Source: Malacoraja senta (taxonomy: Eukaryota). From it: 64,000 nt of DNA. The position numbers and the translations under genes were made by a program. This document shows positions 1 to 11,385 of this stretch, piece by piece. Numbering within the stretch: position 1 is the stretch's first letter; the number at the start of each line of letters is the position of its first letter. Where the stretch lies: the NCBI GenBank assembly GCA_038087875.1, contig CM075989.1:1612001-1676000 (forward strand), written 5' to 3'. Below the pieces are notes generated by a model, which was not told where the DNA came from, made no database searches, and was given only the letters and a program-made list of their open reading frames with translations.

Positions 1-1768
1 ATAAAGCTAGATTTTTACAATATACAAAATGATTTAAAGCACTAGCGCACAGTTCATGAACACTCAATCTCGATATCGCATCACACTGTTATCACGCAGT
101 AAACCGCTCCCTCTGATACCGAAGATTTTAACCTTCCTACATTACTCTTTGCTGAGTGATACTACTCCTTTAATGACTACTTTTTCTCCCGAATGGTACT
201 ATCGCTCTGCTAAGACTGGACTTCTATAGGGGGACCTCTATCTCTCCTCTCTAAATTCTACAGAATTAGGGGTACCCTTCGCATTTGGATTACTTTTCAT
301 AAAGTAAAGAGGTTCCCGTCTCTCAGGTACTCTTCACTATCAGGTACTAGTCAACAATCGACCAGCGGGTTACTATTCACTGTTGATCAGCCGCTATTCG
401 GAATCGATCACGGACATGCACCAACTCCGAAGTTCAATATACAGGAATTCGAATTCCACCTTACTGGCAGAACTTCAATATGAAATTCAGTATTTGAAAA
501 TGTGGCTTTGCAAATATAGACTCGAACTCGAACTCCTAATTTTAGTGTGTATCTCTTCTACTACGCGGACACTATGGAAGTTATAAACAAGTTACTTATT
601 TTTACTTTTGTATTCTTAATAAATACATTTGTATCTTTGTGTGTAAACTTATAAACTAATATGTAACAGAACAAAATGGTGTCATCTAACCTTGGCTTTA
701 GCTGAAACATAGCTGGGAAATTAAAAGCAATAGTTTGGAATTTCAGGGCGGCGAGAGAGGAAGAGATATGGGGGGAAATGTAAAGACTGAACCAAGGTTG
801 GACGTTAATGGTGGCGAGGCAGAGAATACTAAAATCAAAGACAGATTGATGCAAAGGAGTACAGCATGAAAGATAATGTAGCAGAGATAAGGCTGAAAGA
901 GTGTAATAAAAAGCTGCTTGTTTCTGTGGATCGGAGAGCAATTAGAGAGCGGACAGGTGGTGTCATCTCTAAATGTTCCAGCCGAATATTTGCAAATAAA
1001 GGCTTTTCGTCTTCTTGAAGAATTCTCCGTGTCTGTGTCATCTTATCCAAACTTTGAGTCTTAAAACCACGACAAAATTCGAATCAAACTAAAATTGCCC
1101 AGTTGAATTCTTGAATGGACTGGAGTATTCAGGCCAATCTATACGCTGTCCATCCAAGCCCAGTACCTTTACGAGGTTCTTCATCCGTCACTTCTGGGAG
1201 AGACTCAGATACCTTCACGCAGACACTCCTCTCTGCTGGGCACCGAGGATTCAGCGCCTAGCCGCTTCGCGCTATGAGTTATCAATGCCGGTTTTCAGAG
1301 CGCACATTTTCAATTCGCAATCGGCAAAAATCCGATCGAAGGTCAGACCTGTATTTTAATACCCCACCAATTGGATACCAAGTCTAACCCTGGGCCACTC
1401 CTCGCACAATGAAACACATTTGGCTATTGTTAAAGCAGCTGCAGTCTGCCAACTACGACCAAAGTTTTGGGCCCCTAACCCAGGAAAGGGCCTCTAACCC
1501 AACCCCAGCAGGGCCCCACCCTGGTTTTATGGGCCTCTAACCCAAAGGAGTACAACCCCCCCCCCGTCCCCCCCCCCCCCCCCTCCGTGCTTGCTAGATT
1601 CTGTTCTAATGATCTCGATTAGACCCTTTCCCAATGAATGATCGATCCGTTCCGACTAACGGTGCCGAAAATCATTGCAAAAACTGCAACGTGGGCCCGA
1701 TATCTGCACTCGCGATCGAAACAGCTCAATACCCTTGATCGCAAACTTGTGTTTGTGGGTCTGTTGAG

Positions 1769-1786
1769 ACCCCGGATGAGTCCCCA
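1769..1786 (-). promoter_or_regulatory. Primer-binding site, tRNA-Pro type (element 1)
   Basis: 15/18 match to the canonical Pro PBS TGGGGGCTCGTCCGGGAT, adjacent to the LTR-terminal CA. Confidence 0.75.
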
Positions 1787-1787
1787 A

Positions 1788-2667
1788 TGTAAATTGCTTC
1801 TATCTAAGCTTCCACCCAGTCTAGTTTCAGTAAAAACACTGAATCAAGCACTTGAACAACTAATCTTTTTTTTAACAAAAGTGCAATTATAGTTCAACTA
1901 CTGCACCTATCCCACCGCGGGTTCGATCCTCGTATCTGCCTGATCAAACCTGCTGGGCATTGTTCAAACAGAGACACTCCAGAAAGTCACGCAGTCCCAA
2001 GCGCTCTCCCAGAAGATCGACGCTGGACCTCATGGTAGCGGACTTTTATATGTCCCGGGACCTCGAGGGGCCGAACTACATGGTGTTGGTCTCTTAATAA
2101 TCCAATTACAGATATAGATTAACCCCATACATAATAGACATTTCCCTAACCCAATAATACAGCAGCTTATACATTGTATAAGAAAGAAAGCTCTCGAAGG
2201 AAGCAAACAAGAACAAACATTGAAACATGTGACCTGAGTTCAAACAATTTCTCCAAGGCTCAACAGTTCAACCAATCATCAATTAACAGGATGCCCGTCT
2301 TGCAACATTATGTATACTGTTTACAATGCTTTTGCAGCGATCCAATAGAAATGATGCATTTAAGGTTAGTTTGCAAAACCACTATACATGTTATCAATTT
2401 AAGAGAAACATGGAGAACACCTGGACCTCTCACCATCCTGCATATCAGTCTGAGCCTAGACTGGCTGGCGCCAATCAAAGCCTGTAAAGTTCAGCTGACA
2501 AGGGTTAAGCAATTCTGACAAGTGCAGGGATCCTTAATGTTATGGCGTCTTTAATTTAGCCAATATTAATACAAGCATTCGTCTAATATCGCATTTGTTA
2601 ACTGTACAGTCCCAAAAACAACTCACAGTACATTTTTAATCCCTTGTCCTGCTGTTTTCAACCAACA
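1788..2667 (-). repeat. LTR (~880 bp) of ERV element 1
   Basis: TG...CA termini on the minus strand (TGTTGG...TTTACA), TATAAAA at about 2044-2050, and homology to the LTR at 4500-5211. The 2667 boundary is less certain than 1788. Confidence 0.7.
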
Positions 2668-4036
2668 GAACCCCTCCCTTAGATATAGGAGACTTTTCCT
2701 TCAAAGCACTCTTTCGCTGAGCAGTACTTTCCCATCAAGTTACTATTTTCTATCAGGTGCTCTTTCCTTGCACTAAATGCTTAGACTTGGGGGTACAGTT
2801 CCCACCAAGATACTCTTCTCTAACAAGTACTATTCCTCTACCTCAGCCTTTTCCCACTAACAGGTACTGGTCAACGGATCTAAAGGATACAAACCCTTGG
2901 TTGAACAGCCACGATTCGAACCACAATTACAACAGGGTATCTAACTCAAAACTTTAAATCAAAGGCAATACACAATAAATATAATAAAGCAACGGCAACA
3001 TTTTAAACACACTTCAAACTGTAAATCAACAAATGTTAACAATTCCAAAAATATTTTTATTCAACAATCTAATATGTACACTTTTATTAATGTACAGTAG
3101 CCAGTGCCCTCAATATGAAAGCCTGGAATAGAAATACAAGATCTCTATGCGATAGCCAGTCCTTCAATATGAAGCCCTGAATTTGGTAGAATTTGAATCA
3201 AAGTATTTAGACCTTTACTTTCTTAATTACTGTACCCCACTATTTTCGTTCCCTTCCCACGAATTCCAGTAATTACAATAGACGTTTCTTTAATTTCAAT
3301 TAATCCTCAATGTTGTTCCCAAGTATTTCTTCAGCCAATTATCCTCCTACACTGGGTTCCCATTACTGTTACGGAGCCCTCAACTTCTCCAAAGTTCCAG
3401 GTACTACTCACACAGGCGGGGACTGCAACCACCCTAGGCTTCTTCCTTCCAACCTGCTGGATACTGGGCTTCAGCATGTGTCCACTTCATGCCGGAGTTC
3501 GATGCCGATCTTTAAAGTGCCTTTCCAATCGCACCCTCAGCAACGATACAGTACTTCCCCTCTTCGTACTGGTACCTACTCAGCCCTGTCTCTTAAGATA
3601 CCCCAGCCAATGCAGATATCCCATTCTGAACGGGGCCTTCAACCCCTGAAACTTCCCTCTTTGGTGTCAGGCCAACTCAATGGTACCTGACTGCAACAGC
3701 TGTTGACTAACAAGGTGCGGGATCTCGAACCCACCAGAGAAAATCCTTTTGAGCCTAACTCCCACCACCCTTAGATAAGGACTCCCTCTCTCCTTACCCT
3801 CAGTGCTTGACTACTGTTCTTAGATCTCGTTGGGAACCCCAACACAAGGGCGTGAATGATCAATTCGTCCCGATCAGCAAAGTGGGGAAAACCGATGCGA
3901 AAACTGCACTGTGGCGCCGATTTCTCCCCTCGCAATCTGTAACGACTCAACTCCCTGATCGCAAACTTCTGTCTGGGGGCCGTTGAGATCGCGGACGAGC
4001 CCCCAATGTAATTATGCTCTCTACAACTTACCCCCT
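2668..4036 (-). mobile_element. ERV-like element 2: U5 tip, PBS and leader, a diverged relative of element 1
   Basis: 3790-4030 aligns by eye with 1580-1810. 2861 CAGGTACTGGTCAAC matches 341 CAGGTACTAGTCAAC. PBS at 3988-4005. Confidence 0.75.
3988..4005 (-). promoter_or_regulatory. Primer-binding site, tRNA-Pro type (element 2)
   Basis: Minus strand TGGGGGCTCGTCCGCGAT, 17/18 to the canonical Pro PBS, 1 nt after ...AATTACA. Confidence 0.85.
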
Positions 4037-4137
4037 TATAAATGGGATAGAGGAAAGAGGAGAGAAAAACGGGAAGGTGTTGGGGAGGGGTGGGGGGGGG
4101 GGTCGTAATGGTTGGATTGTTACCTATAAATGGAGAA

Positions 4138-4250
4138 TTCAAGCTACCCAAGTGGAATACGAGGCGCTGTTCCTCCAGTTTATGTGTGGCCTCACTCTAA
4201 CAATGGAGGAGCCCAGCACAGAAAGGTCAGTGTGGGAAAGGGAAGGGAGT
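4138..4250 (-). mobile_element. Penelope-like element fragment (C-terminal part of the GIY-YIG endonuclease)
   Basis: Minus-strand translation SLSHTDLSVLGLLHC*SEATHKLEEQRLVFHLGSL, typical of vertebrate Penelope ORF ends. Confidence 0.75.
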
Positions 4251-4371
4251 CACTGTGATTAATAACCGGGAGATCCAGCGGGTCGGAGAGCACAGGTCAC
4301 TGCTGATGGTGGCATCAATCCCACTCCATCACATGGTGACCAATCCATGCCAGAGAGAGCCCACCCCCACC

Positions 4372-4498
4372 TCACACACATACACGCACTCACACATACA
4401 CACATACATACACACGCACACACACACATACACATGCACACACACACACAGACACATGCACACACATACACACACACATATACACACGCGCACACACA
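4372..4498. repeat. Imperfect (CA)n microsatellite
   Basis: Directly visible. Confidence 0.95.
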
Positions 4499-4499
4499 A

Positions 4500-5211
4500 T
4501 AAGGGTGCAAAAATGGGGAATCTCTGTATTTGCAAAGCATGCTTGTCCTCTATCTGTGAAAGTTGCATAGCTATGAGTTATGGCTCCACTTCCCTGGGAG
4601 GAAGTTGACGATAAGGTGAGGTCCAGATGTCCTTCTTATTGTTAATATGTATGAGGGTTTTGCAGAAGAGCTGAGCCGGTTTGCAAATGCATGATCAGGA
4701 TTGGTCATAGGATGGGGTGTTTTAAATATTGTTAATTATGTTGCAGAGTGTTTGTGCTGTTGTCTTGTGATTGGTTAAAGTGTGGAGCCTTGTTCAAATT
4801 GTTTACACTACCTGGGGAAATGTTTCTTTACTTTGGTGAACTGTCTTCCAACTAGAAGCTTCTGTGGAAACAATGTAATGTGGTACTTTGTGATTGGGTT
4901 AGGGAACTGTCAATAACTGTATATGATTGATATTTGTGATTGGCTTCTAGGGACTTCCCACCCGCCCATATAGTTTTGCGCCACAGGTCCAATGCCCTAT
5001 AACAGAGGGGACACCACATGGATCGGAGCCGATCTTCTGGGGTAGCACTTGGGACCATGCTGACTTGCTGAAGGTGTCTGCTCACATGAGGCTGAAGTGC
5101 TTGGATGAGTAGAGACAAGGATCGGACCCGCAGTGTGGTTAGGTTTCATATAGGAAGTTTGTTTGTGTGAGTGAGAATAAAGAGTTAGTTGATCCAGTGC
5201 TTGACAGTGTT
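4500..5211 (+). repeat. Truncated LTR related to 1788-2667, in opposite orientation
   Basis: Shared blocks with the reverse complement of LTR1: GATCTTCTGGG.AGC.CTTGGGAC, AGGATCG.ACCCGC.GTG, TTAGTTG.TC.AGTGCTTGA. TATAAC near 4997 and AATAAA at 5176. Lacks the U5 tip. Confidence 0.7.
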
Positions 5212-5908
5212 AAAGGCACGGGAGAATTATGCTTCCCTAAGAGATCGATCTCTTAGGGAGGCATAATTCTCCCGTGCCTATCATCCGCAGTATATTTAAA
5301 ATGCGGAAGTATGTGCCACTCACGTACCGTCGACGATGCTTCAAGCCATCAGTGGCAACGGTCCGTAAAGGCAGCTGAAATTCTGCCTTTACACTGTGGA
5401 CTGCGTGCATGTGCTGCACTGCGCACTGTGCATGGGCACCTAACCTACTGCGCACCAGCCTACTGCGCATGGGCACGCGCAAGTTTCTTGGCGTTTTTTT
5501 TAAAGATTGATAGTGATTACCTGAAGAGTTTCTCGAAGCCAACTTACGAGGAAAAGACCAAAATAATTAAAAATGGCAGACCAACGCCGGAACTTAAAGA
5601 ACTTCAACAGCGCAAAGGAACAAAAATAATTAGAACATTTAAAACAGCTTGGTACAACAGGAAACAAAGAGAGAAGAATAGTAAGATTAAACGAGTACTT
5701 ACCTAAGTTTCAAGTTTGATCTTTATTTTATGAGGAGTTACGTAGGTGATTACGTGAAGAACCCCACCAGTGCGCCTGCGCGTCAATCTTCAAAGCAGCG
5801 GTGTGAAATCACAAAAAACAACAACCAAAGTAATATAGTCTCATAATAAAACGAGTAATACAAGAATTTCCATCTGACCTTTATGATAGAGGGTAGGGTC
5901 GTGGTGGG

Positions 5909-6022
5909 CACGTAATCACCGACGTAACTCCTCATAAAATAAAGATCAAACTTCAAACTTAGGTAAGTTCTCGTTTAATCTTACTATTTTACTTCGGAGT
6001 CACGTGAGTGACTACGTGAAGA
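5909..6022. repeat. DIRS internal complementary region (ICR), copy 1; copy 2 at 7066-7179
   Basis: 5909-5988 is the reverse complement of 5677-5757. 5986-6022 is the reverse complement of 11561-11597. The two halves overlap at ATT, the circle junction. Confidence 0.92.
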
Positions 6023-6190
6023 TTTTAAAGCTTTGTGATTTCATGCCGTGGATCAATCCCGACTTCTCACTGCATAGATTGACTCGGAACGAGAATAATC
6101 AATCATGCATTCATAATAACATTTGTACCACAAATGCAGTAATTCATTTCAATAATGAAATGAATCAGATCCCCTTTAAACCAGAGGAAT

Positions 6191-6833
6191 TTACACAGAA
6201 CTTAAAATAGTTTCTGCAAACAACCCCGCATTAACAATAGGCCGATGGTAAAAATGTTGAAACATCAACTCATTGGACCACCCGGCGGCTGCGAGGATAT
6301 GGTCGACGGGGCCATCTTTTGCCGTGGCCGCCGACGTTTCTGCTGCCCTAGTCGAGTGAGATGTAAAAACATAAGTGTTAATACCAGCAGCTGTTAAGAC
6401 TTCTTTTATCCATCTGGAAATAGTCTGTATTGAAACTCTCTTGTGTGGTTTCTTGTGTGTGATCAACAACCCAGTTTCTGTATTCTCAAATTCTTTGTGA
6501 CCTCAATGTATTGTAATAAATATGTCTTAATACAGAGACATGGATCATTTCGATATGCTGCTAGCATAATTTTAAATCCTGTCACACCTGGCCTAATTTA
6601 CTTTAGTAGGTCATAGATATAGAATGTAACCTTGTCTTCAGTTACTTCCATACTGTCTATTTGTAATTTTCCAAGCGTTTGCACTCGTTGTGCTGTCACT
6701 CATGCCATAAGCATGAATACTTTCATACTGAGCTTGACCAAAGGTAAAGACACACTTGATGACCATTCACAAAGTAGTTTCAGTACCACACTTACATCCC
6801 AGATTGTCACGTACCTAGGTTTCGGTGGTTTGG
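6191..6833 (-). pseudogene. DIRS tyrosine recombinase, duplicated C-terminal half
   Basis: AQRVQT, HSTRAA and GWS..MFQHFY catalytic motifs (R, HxxR, W, Y). Confidence 0.9.
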
Positions 6834-7347
6834 AATAGTAAGATTAAACGAGAACTTACCCAAGTTTGAAGTTTGATCTTTATTTTATGAGGAGTTACGT
6901 AGGTGATTACGTGAAGAACCCCGCCAGTGCGCCTGCGCGTCAATCTTCAAAGCAGCGGTGTGAAATCACAAAAAACAACAACCGAAGTAATATAGTCTCA
7001 TAATAAAACGAGTAATACAAGAACTTCCATCTGACCTTTATGATAGAGGGTAGGGTCGTGGTGGGCACGTAATCACCTATGTAACTCCTCATAAAATAAA
7101 GATCAAACTTCAAACTTAGGTAAGTTCTCGTTTAATCTTACTATTTTACTTCGGAGTCACGTGAGTGACTACGTGAAGATTTTAAAGCTTTGTGATTTCA
7201 TGCCGTGGATCAATCCTGGCTTCTCACTGCATAGATTGACTCGGAACGAGAATAATCAATCATGCATTCATAATAACATTTGTACCACAAATGCAGTAAT
7301 TCATTTCAATAATGAAATGAATCAGATCCCCTTTAAACCAGAGGAAT

Positions 7348-8333
7348 TTACACAGAACTTAAAATAGTTTCTGCAAACAACCCCGCATTAACAATAGGCC
7401 GATGGTAAAAATGTTGAAACATCAACTCATTGGACCACCCGGCGGCTGCGAGGATATGGTCGACGGGGACGTCTTTTGCCCTGGCCGCCGACGTTTCTGC
7501 TGCCCTAGCCGAGTGAGACGTAAAACATAAGTGTTAATACCAGCAGCTGTTAAGACTTCTTTTATCCATCTGGAAATAGTCTGTATTGAAACTCTCTTGT
7601 GTGGTTTCTTGTGTGTGATCAACAACCCAGTTTCCGTATTCTCAAATTCTTTGTGACCTCAATGTATTGTAATAAATATGTCTTAATGCAGAGACATGGA
7701 TCATTTGGATATGCTGCTAGCATAATTTTAAATCCTGTCACACCTGGCCTAATTTACTTTGGTAGGTCATAGATATAGAATGTAACCTTGTCTTCAGTTA
7801 CTTCCATACTGTCTATTTGTAATTTTCCAAGTTTTTGCACTCGTTGTGCTGTCACTCATGCCATAAGCATGAATACTTTCATACTGAGCTTGACCAAAGG
7901 TAAAGACACACTTGATGACCATTCACAAAGTAGTTTCAGTACCACACTTACATCCCAGATTGTCACATACCTAGGTTTCGGTGGTTTGGAATTAAAGATT
8001 CCTTTCATTAGTCTGGAAACAATTGGGTGTGACCCAATTGAGTTTCTTTCTGAATCCAGAACCAAATATGAGGACAATGCACTTCTGGCTGAATTAATTG
8101 CACTACAACTCAGACCTTCATCATAATAAAGTTTTGACAGAAATTCTAAACATTTGAAATATCTGCAGTACTTTATTGCACATTCTTTTGTGCACAGAAC
8201 TCTTCCCATTTCTTAATATAAGAAAGGTACTGTTTTTGAGTGCACTTCCTCCGGCTGCCGTAAGCATGTCCACAGTATGCTCAGACAGTCCTCGTCCCAG
8301 AAAAGGCATTCTTAAAACCTGCAAATCAACCAA
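7348..8333 (-). pseudogene. DIRS tyrosine recombinase (frameshifted)
   Basis: SAINSARSALS, IGSHPIVSRLMKGIFNSKPPKPRYVTIWDV and TISRWIKEVLTAAGI motifs spread across frames. Confidence 0.9.
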
Positions 8334-8359
8334 TCCAAACGATGATATAATGGATGTTG

Positions 8360-10080
8360 TTACCCTGTTACAGGGTGCAGCAATAAATTACTCCTTTTTG
8401 GGACTTTCATCAACATTTGTGTTGTTAATTCTAATATCAACGGATACCATGGCTGTATAGGCCAATCTGGTACTACCAATACCCTTGAAGCAGCATCTTG
8501 CCTGATTTTAAGCAAACATTGGCTTATGAGGCAGAAAGGTGGAAATATATATGAAAACATACCACCCCAATGTAGCGAGAAAGCATCAATCGCCACTGCT
8601 CCTGGATCTGGTTCCCATGAGACATATCTCGATAGCTGATGATTCAAGTCGATGTCGGGCATTCCAAATCTGATTACTATATCATTGAATACCTCTCGAT
8701 TCAACATCCATTCTTTATTATCATGGAACTTTCGTGACCTGGTGTCTGCTATCGTGTTCATTCTACCTGGTAGATAGATAGCTGAAAACCAAATGTTCTT
8801 TTCAATACACCAAGAACAAAGTTGATTAGCCATTTTGTCACATGACACCGACTTAATTCCACCCATATCATTAATATAGGCAACTGCTGTTGTGTTTATC
8901 AATTTGAACTTGAACATGCCTTTTAGTTGTGTTAGAGCAATAAGCTTGGAGTCCATAGAAACATCCTAAAAGCTCCAAATAGTTAGTTCCCCATGTCTGC
9001 AGTAACAATGACTCTTCCTGATTCCATCTGCCTCCGCAGCTAAATGTTAAGTCAGTTGCACCCCATCCTAGTGCACTGGCATCAGTTTGTAATATCATGG
9101 AAGGTTGTTCAATCAGCACTTTGCCGGAACTGCTTGAGACATGTAGAATCCACCACTGCAGCTTAGAAACAGCATTTGTTGTTACTTGCATGGTTCTATC
9201 ATAATGACCAGCATTTACTCTCAGTGCCTGTTCTTTAATTCTCTGCAGCTGTTGATAATGTAATGGTCCATACTGGACTGCTGGGAATCTACTAATTTTC
9301 CCAGTACTCGAGCCACCTGTCTGATTAGAGGTTTTTGCTCGTTTAACAGATTACTGCAATCTTTAATCAACTCCACGCTTTTTTCACTGGGCAAAGTAAT
9401 TTGCATTTGGGCTAAATCAATTGAGAACCCCAAATAATTAATCGAGGTACATGTTTTTAACCTTGATTTCTTTGGATGAATTTAGAAACCCCCAAACTTT
9501 CAAAAGTTTGATTTTATTACTGCAACCGATGCTTCTGTTGACTGTTTTGTCCTTCCTATAATCAGGACATCATCCAGGTATGCCATTAGTACATGCCCCT
9601 GGCTCTCAGCAACCCCAGAATTGATTTTTATAAATATTCTGGAAGGGAACGTTAACCCTTTAGGCAGAGCTTTGAACTGCCCTAATTGGTTCATCCATGT
9701 AAATTTAAAATACTTCATATCTTGCAAGTGAACAAACACTGAACAAAAGGATTCAGACTTGTCAAGTCTATAATAATCCTACATCCTCCATCCTTTTTTG
9801 ATCGAGGGAATATATTTGACCCAAATTGGTGAATTTGGTAGACTGATTCTTTAATAACACCTTTTATATATAGGGTTTTGAAGCGCAACTTGAACCTCCA
9901 TTACTTCGCAAAGTGGAGAGTTCTGCTAGGAACATGCTGGACAGGCAAATCATAATTTGGATTGAATTCAATTCGAAATCCTTGTATATTATTCAGAATT
10001 ACCACATCTGAAGTAATCTTCTTCCAATGTTTATAGAAGAGACGTAATCTGCCTTTGGACTTAATCCAGTTAGTATGTTC
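8360..10080 (-). pseudogene. DIRS ORF2: reverse transcriptase, RNase H and adenine methyltransferase-like domain (frameshifted)
   Basis: GRLRLFYKHW start, FKALPKGL and YLDD (RT), TDASALGWGA and NYLEL (RNase H), AIDAFSLHW..YIFPPF..VVPDWPIQPWYP (MT). Confidence 0.92.
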
Positions 10081-11385
10081 CCCTGAGAACCAGGTCCACC
10101 TACCTCTTGAGTCATTTGAGTATTCTGAGATCCCTGGATTCTCCCGGAAGCACAACCACTGGTCCTTACTCCCGCTGCAGGCCGCCAGCTACGTCCCTGC
10201 GTTGATGAGCGACTTGGTCCTGGTCTAGGATCTGTATGACGTCTGAAAGGATACTTCCTCTTTACAGACTTTGCAACCATTGATGTATTTATCAATCCTG
10301 TTTTCGCTTCATCTTCCAACTCTTTAATACGTCTCCCGAGATCCTCTCCAAAGAGTAAGTTGGGTAATTGTATATTACTTGGTTTGCAGAGTGCTGCGAA
10401 TTTCGGATTCATAGTAGGCCGTATAGCACTTTCCTCAGATAATTGATCTCGAAGTGGGTGCTGCATAGCAACCCCAGTGCTTGCTGATGCAACTTCGTCA
10501 CCTTTTGATTGTTACCTGCTATTCTGGTAAAAGCAGTTATTCCAGAACCCAGCAGCTTTAATATTCTCTGCAACTGATTCCAGATAATTTGGTTCACTGC
10601 TGCTGCTTTCAGCAACCCACAGTTACTTGGGGTCTCCTGCTTTCTTGCAGTCTCATCCATCTCCTGCTGTTCCAGCTGATGGTATACCAAGTAATTTATT
10701 AAGGAGGCCAGTTCTTCTCCTAATGGCTCTCCTGACCCTGACGGGGTAGCGAATCCTACTGCCAGGGGTGGAACATCTGGCAGCTGCCGTTCATTGCCTT
10801 GTACAGCCTCACCGTCAGAGTCGGGGTCTGAAATCTCATGACCCGTAGCATGCTCCTCATTCCTGAGGGTGCATTCCATCAGCCCTGAGCCATGTGCTGT
10901 TAAGCTGCTTCCTGCAGCTTGGATTACAGTACACTCCTTCCTGAGTGAACTTTGCTCCAACAGCCTATGGAAAAGGCTTTCTATTTGGGCAATACGCTCG
11001 AAATCAGTATCTAGCCCTGTACCAGGAGCTGTTTGAGCTGCTTCCAGCAGCTTGGCTTTCAGTACACTCCTCCCTGAGTGAACTTTGCTCCAACAGCCTA
11101 TGTAAAAGGCTTTCTATTTGGGCAATACGCTCGAAAGCAGTATCTAGCCCTGGAGCTACTTCCATCGCCTGGGACTCCCTCCGTGGGCCGTTGGGATTTA
11201 AACTTTGTCTTTTGCCCGACAGGCGCTGACTGTGTTTTCACCAGCCCCAGGTCCACAGTCGCTATGCTCACCGCTGGCGACTGTACCGGGGTTTAGAGGC
11301 GGTTGGTCTCTAACCGCAGACTCCCGACTTTCCCGACTTCTGTCGGCTATGTCGCTCGCCTCTTCCCCCTGTCCGTTTTTTCCAT
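9999..11385 (-). pseudogene. DIRS ORF1 (gag-like), frameshifted, with internal 133-bp tandem duplication
   Basis: PSNCGLL..VNQIIW, FEINYLRK and LLFGEDL motifs, in the position upstream of RT. Duplication at about 10903-11035 / 11036-11150. Confidence 0.8.

Larger units (their letters stand above)
1..2667 (-). mobile_element. Endogenous retrovirus-like element 1: 5' LTR, tRNA-Pro PBS and long leader/internal region running off the left edge
   Basis: On the minus strand an LTR ending ...CAATTTACA is followed after 1 nt by TGGGGACTCATCCGGGGT. No recognisable gag/pol within 1-1768. Confidence 0.75.

Noticed and set aside
835..1050. Short ORF in the ERV internal region as a possible gag start
   Set aside because: No recognisable retroviral motif; needs a profile search.
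1383..1545. Repeated CTAACCC motifs resembling telomeric repeats
   Set aside because: These are dispersed GGGCCTCTAACCC repeats in the ERV leader, not tandem (CCCTAA)n.
8360..8700. Adenine methyltransferase beside a phage-integrase-like recombinase, suggesting bacterial or phage DNA
   Set aside because: Both are standard DIRS1 domains, frameshifted and inside the ITRs.
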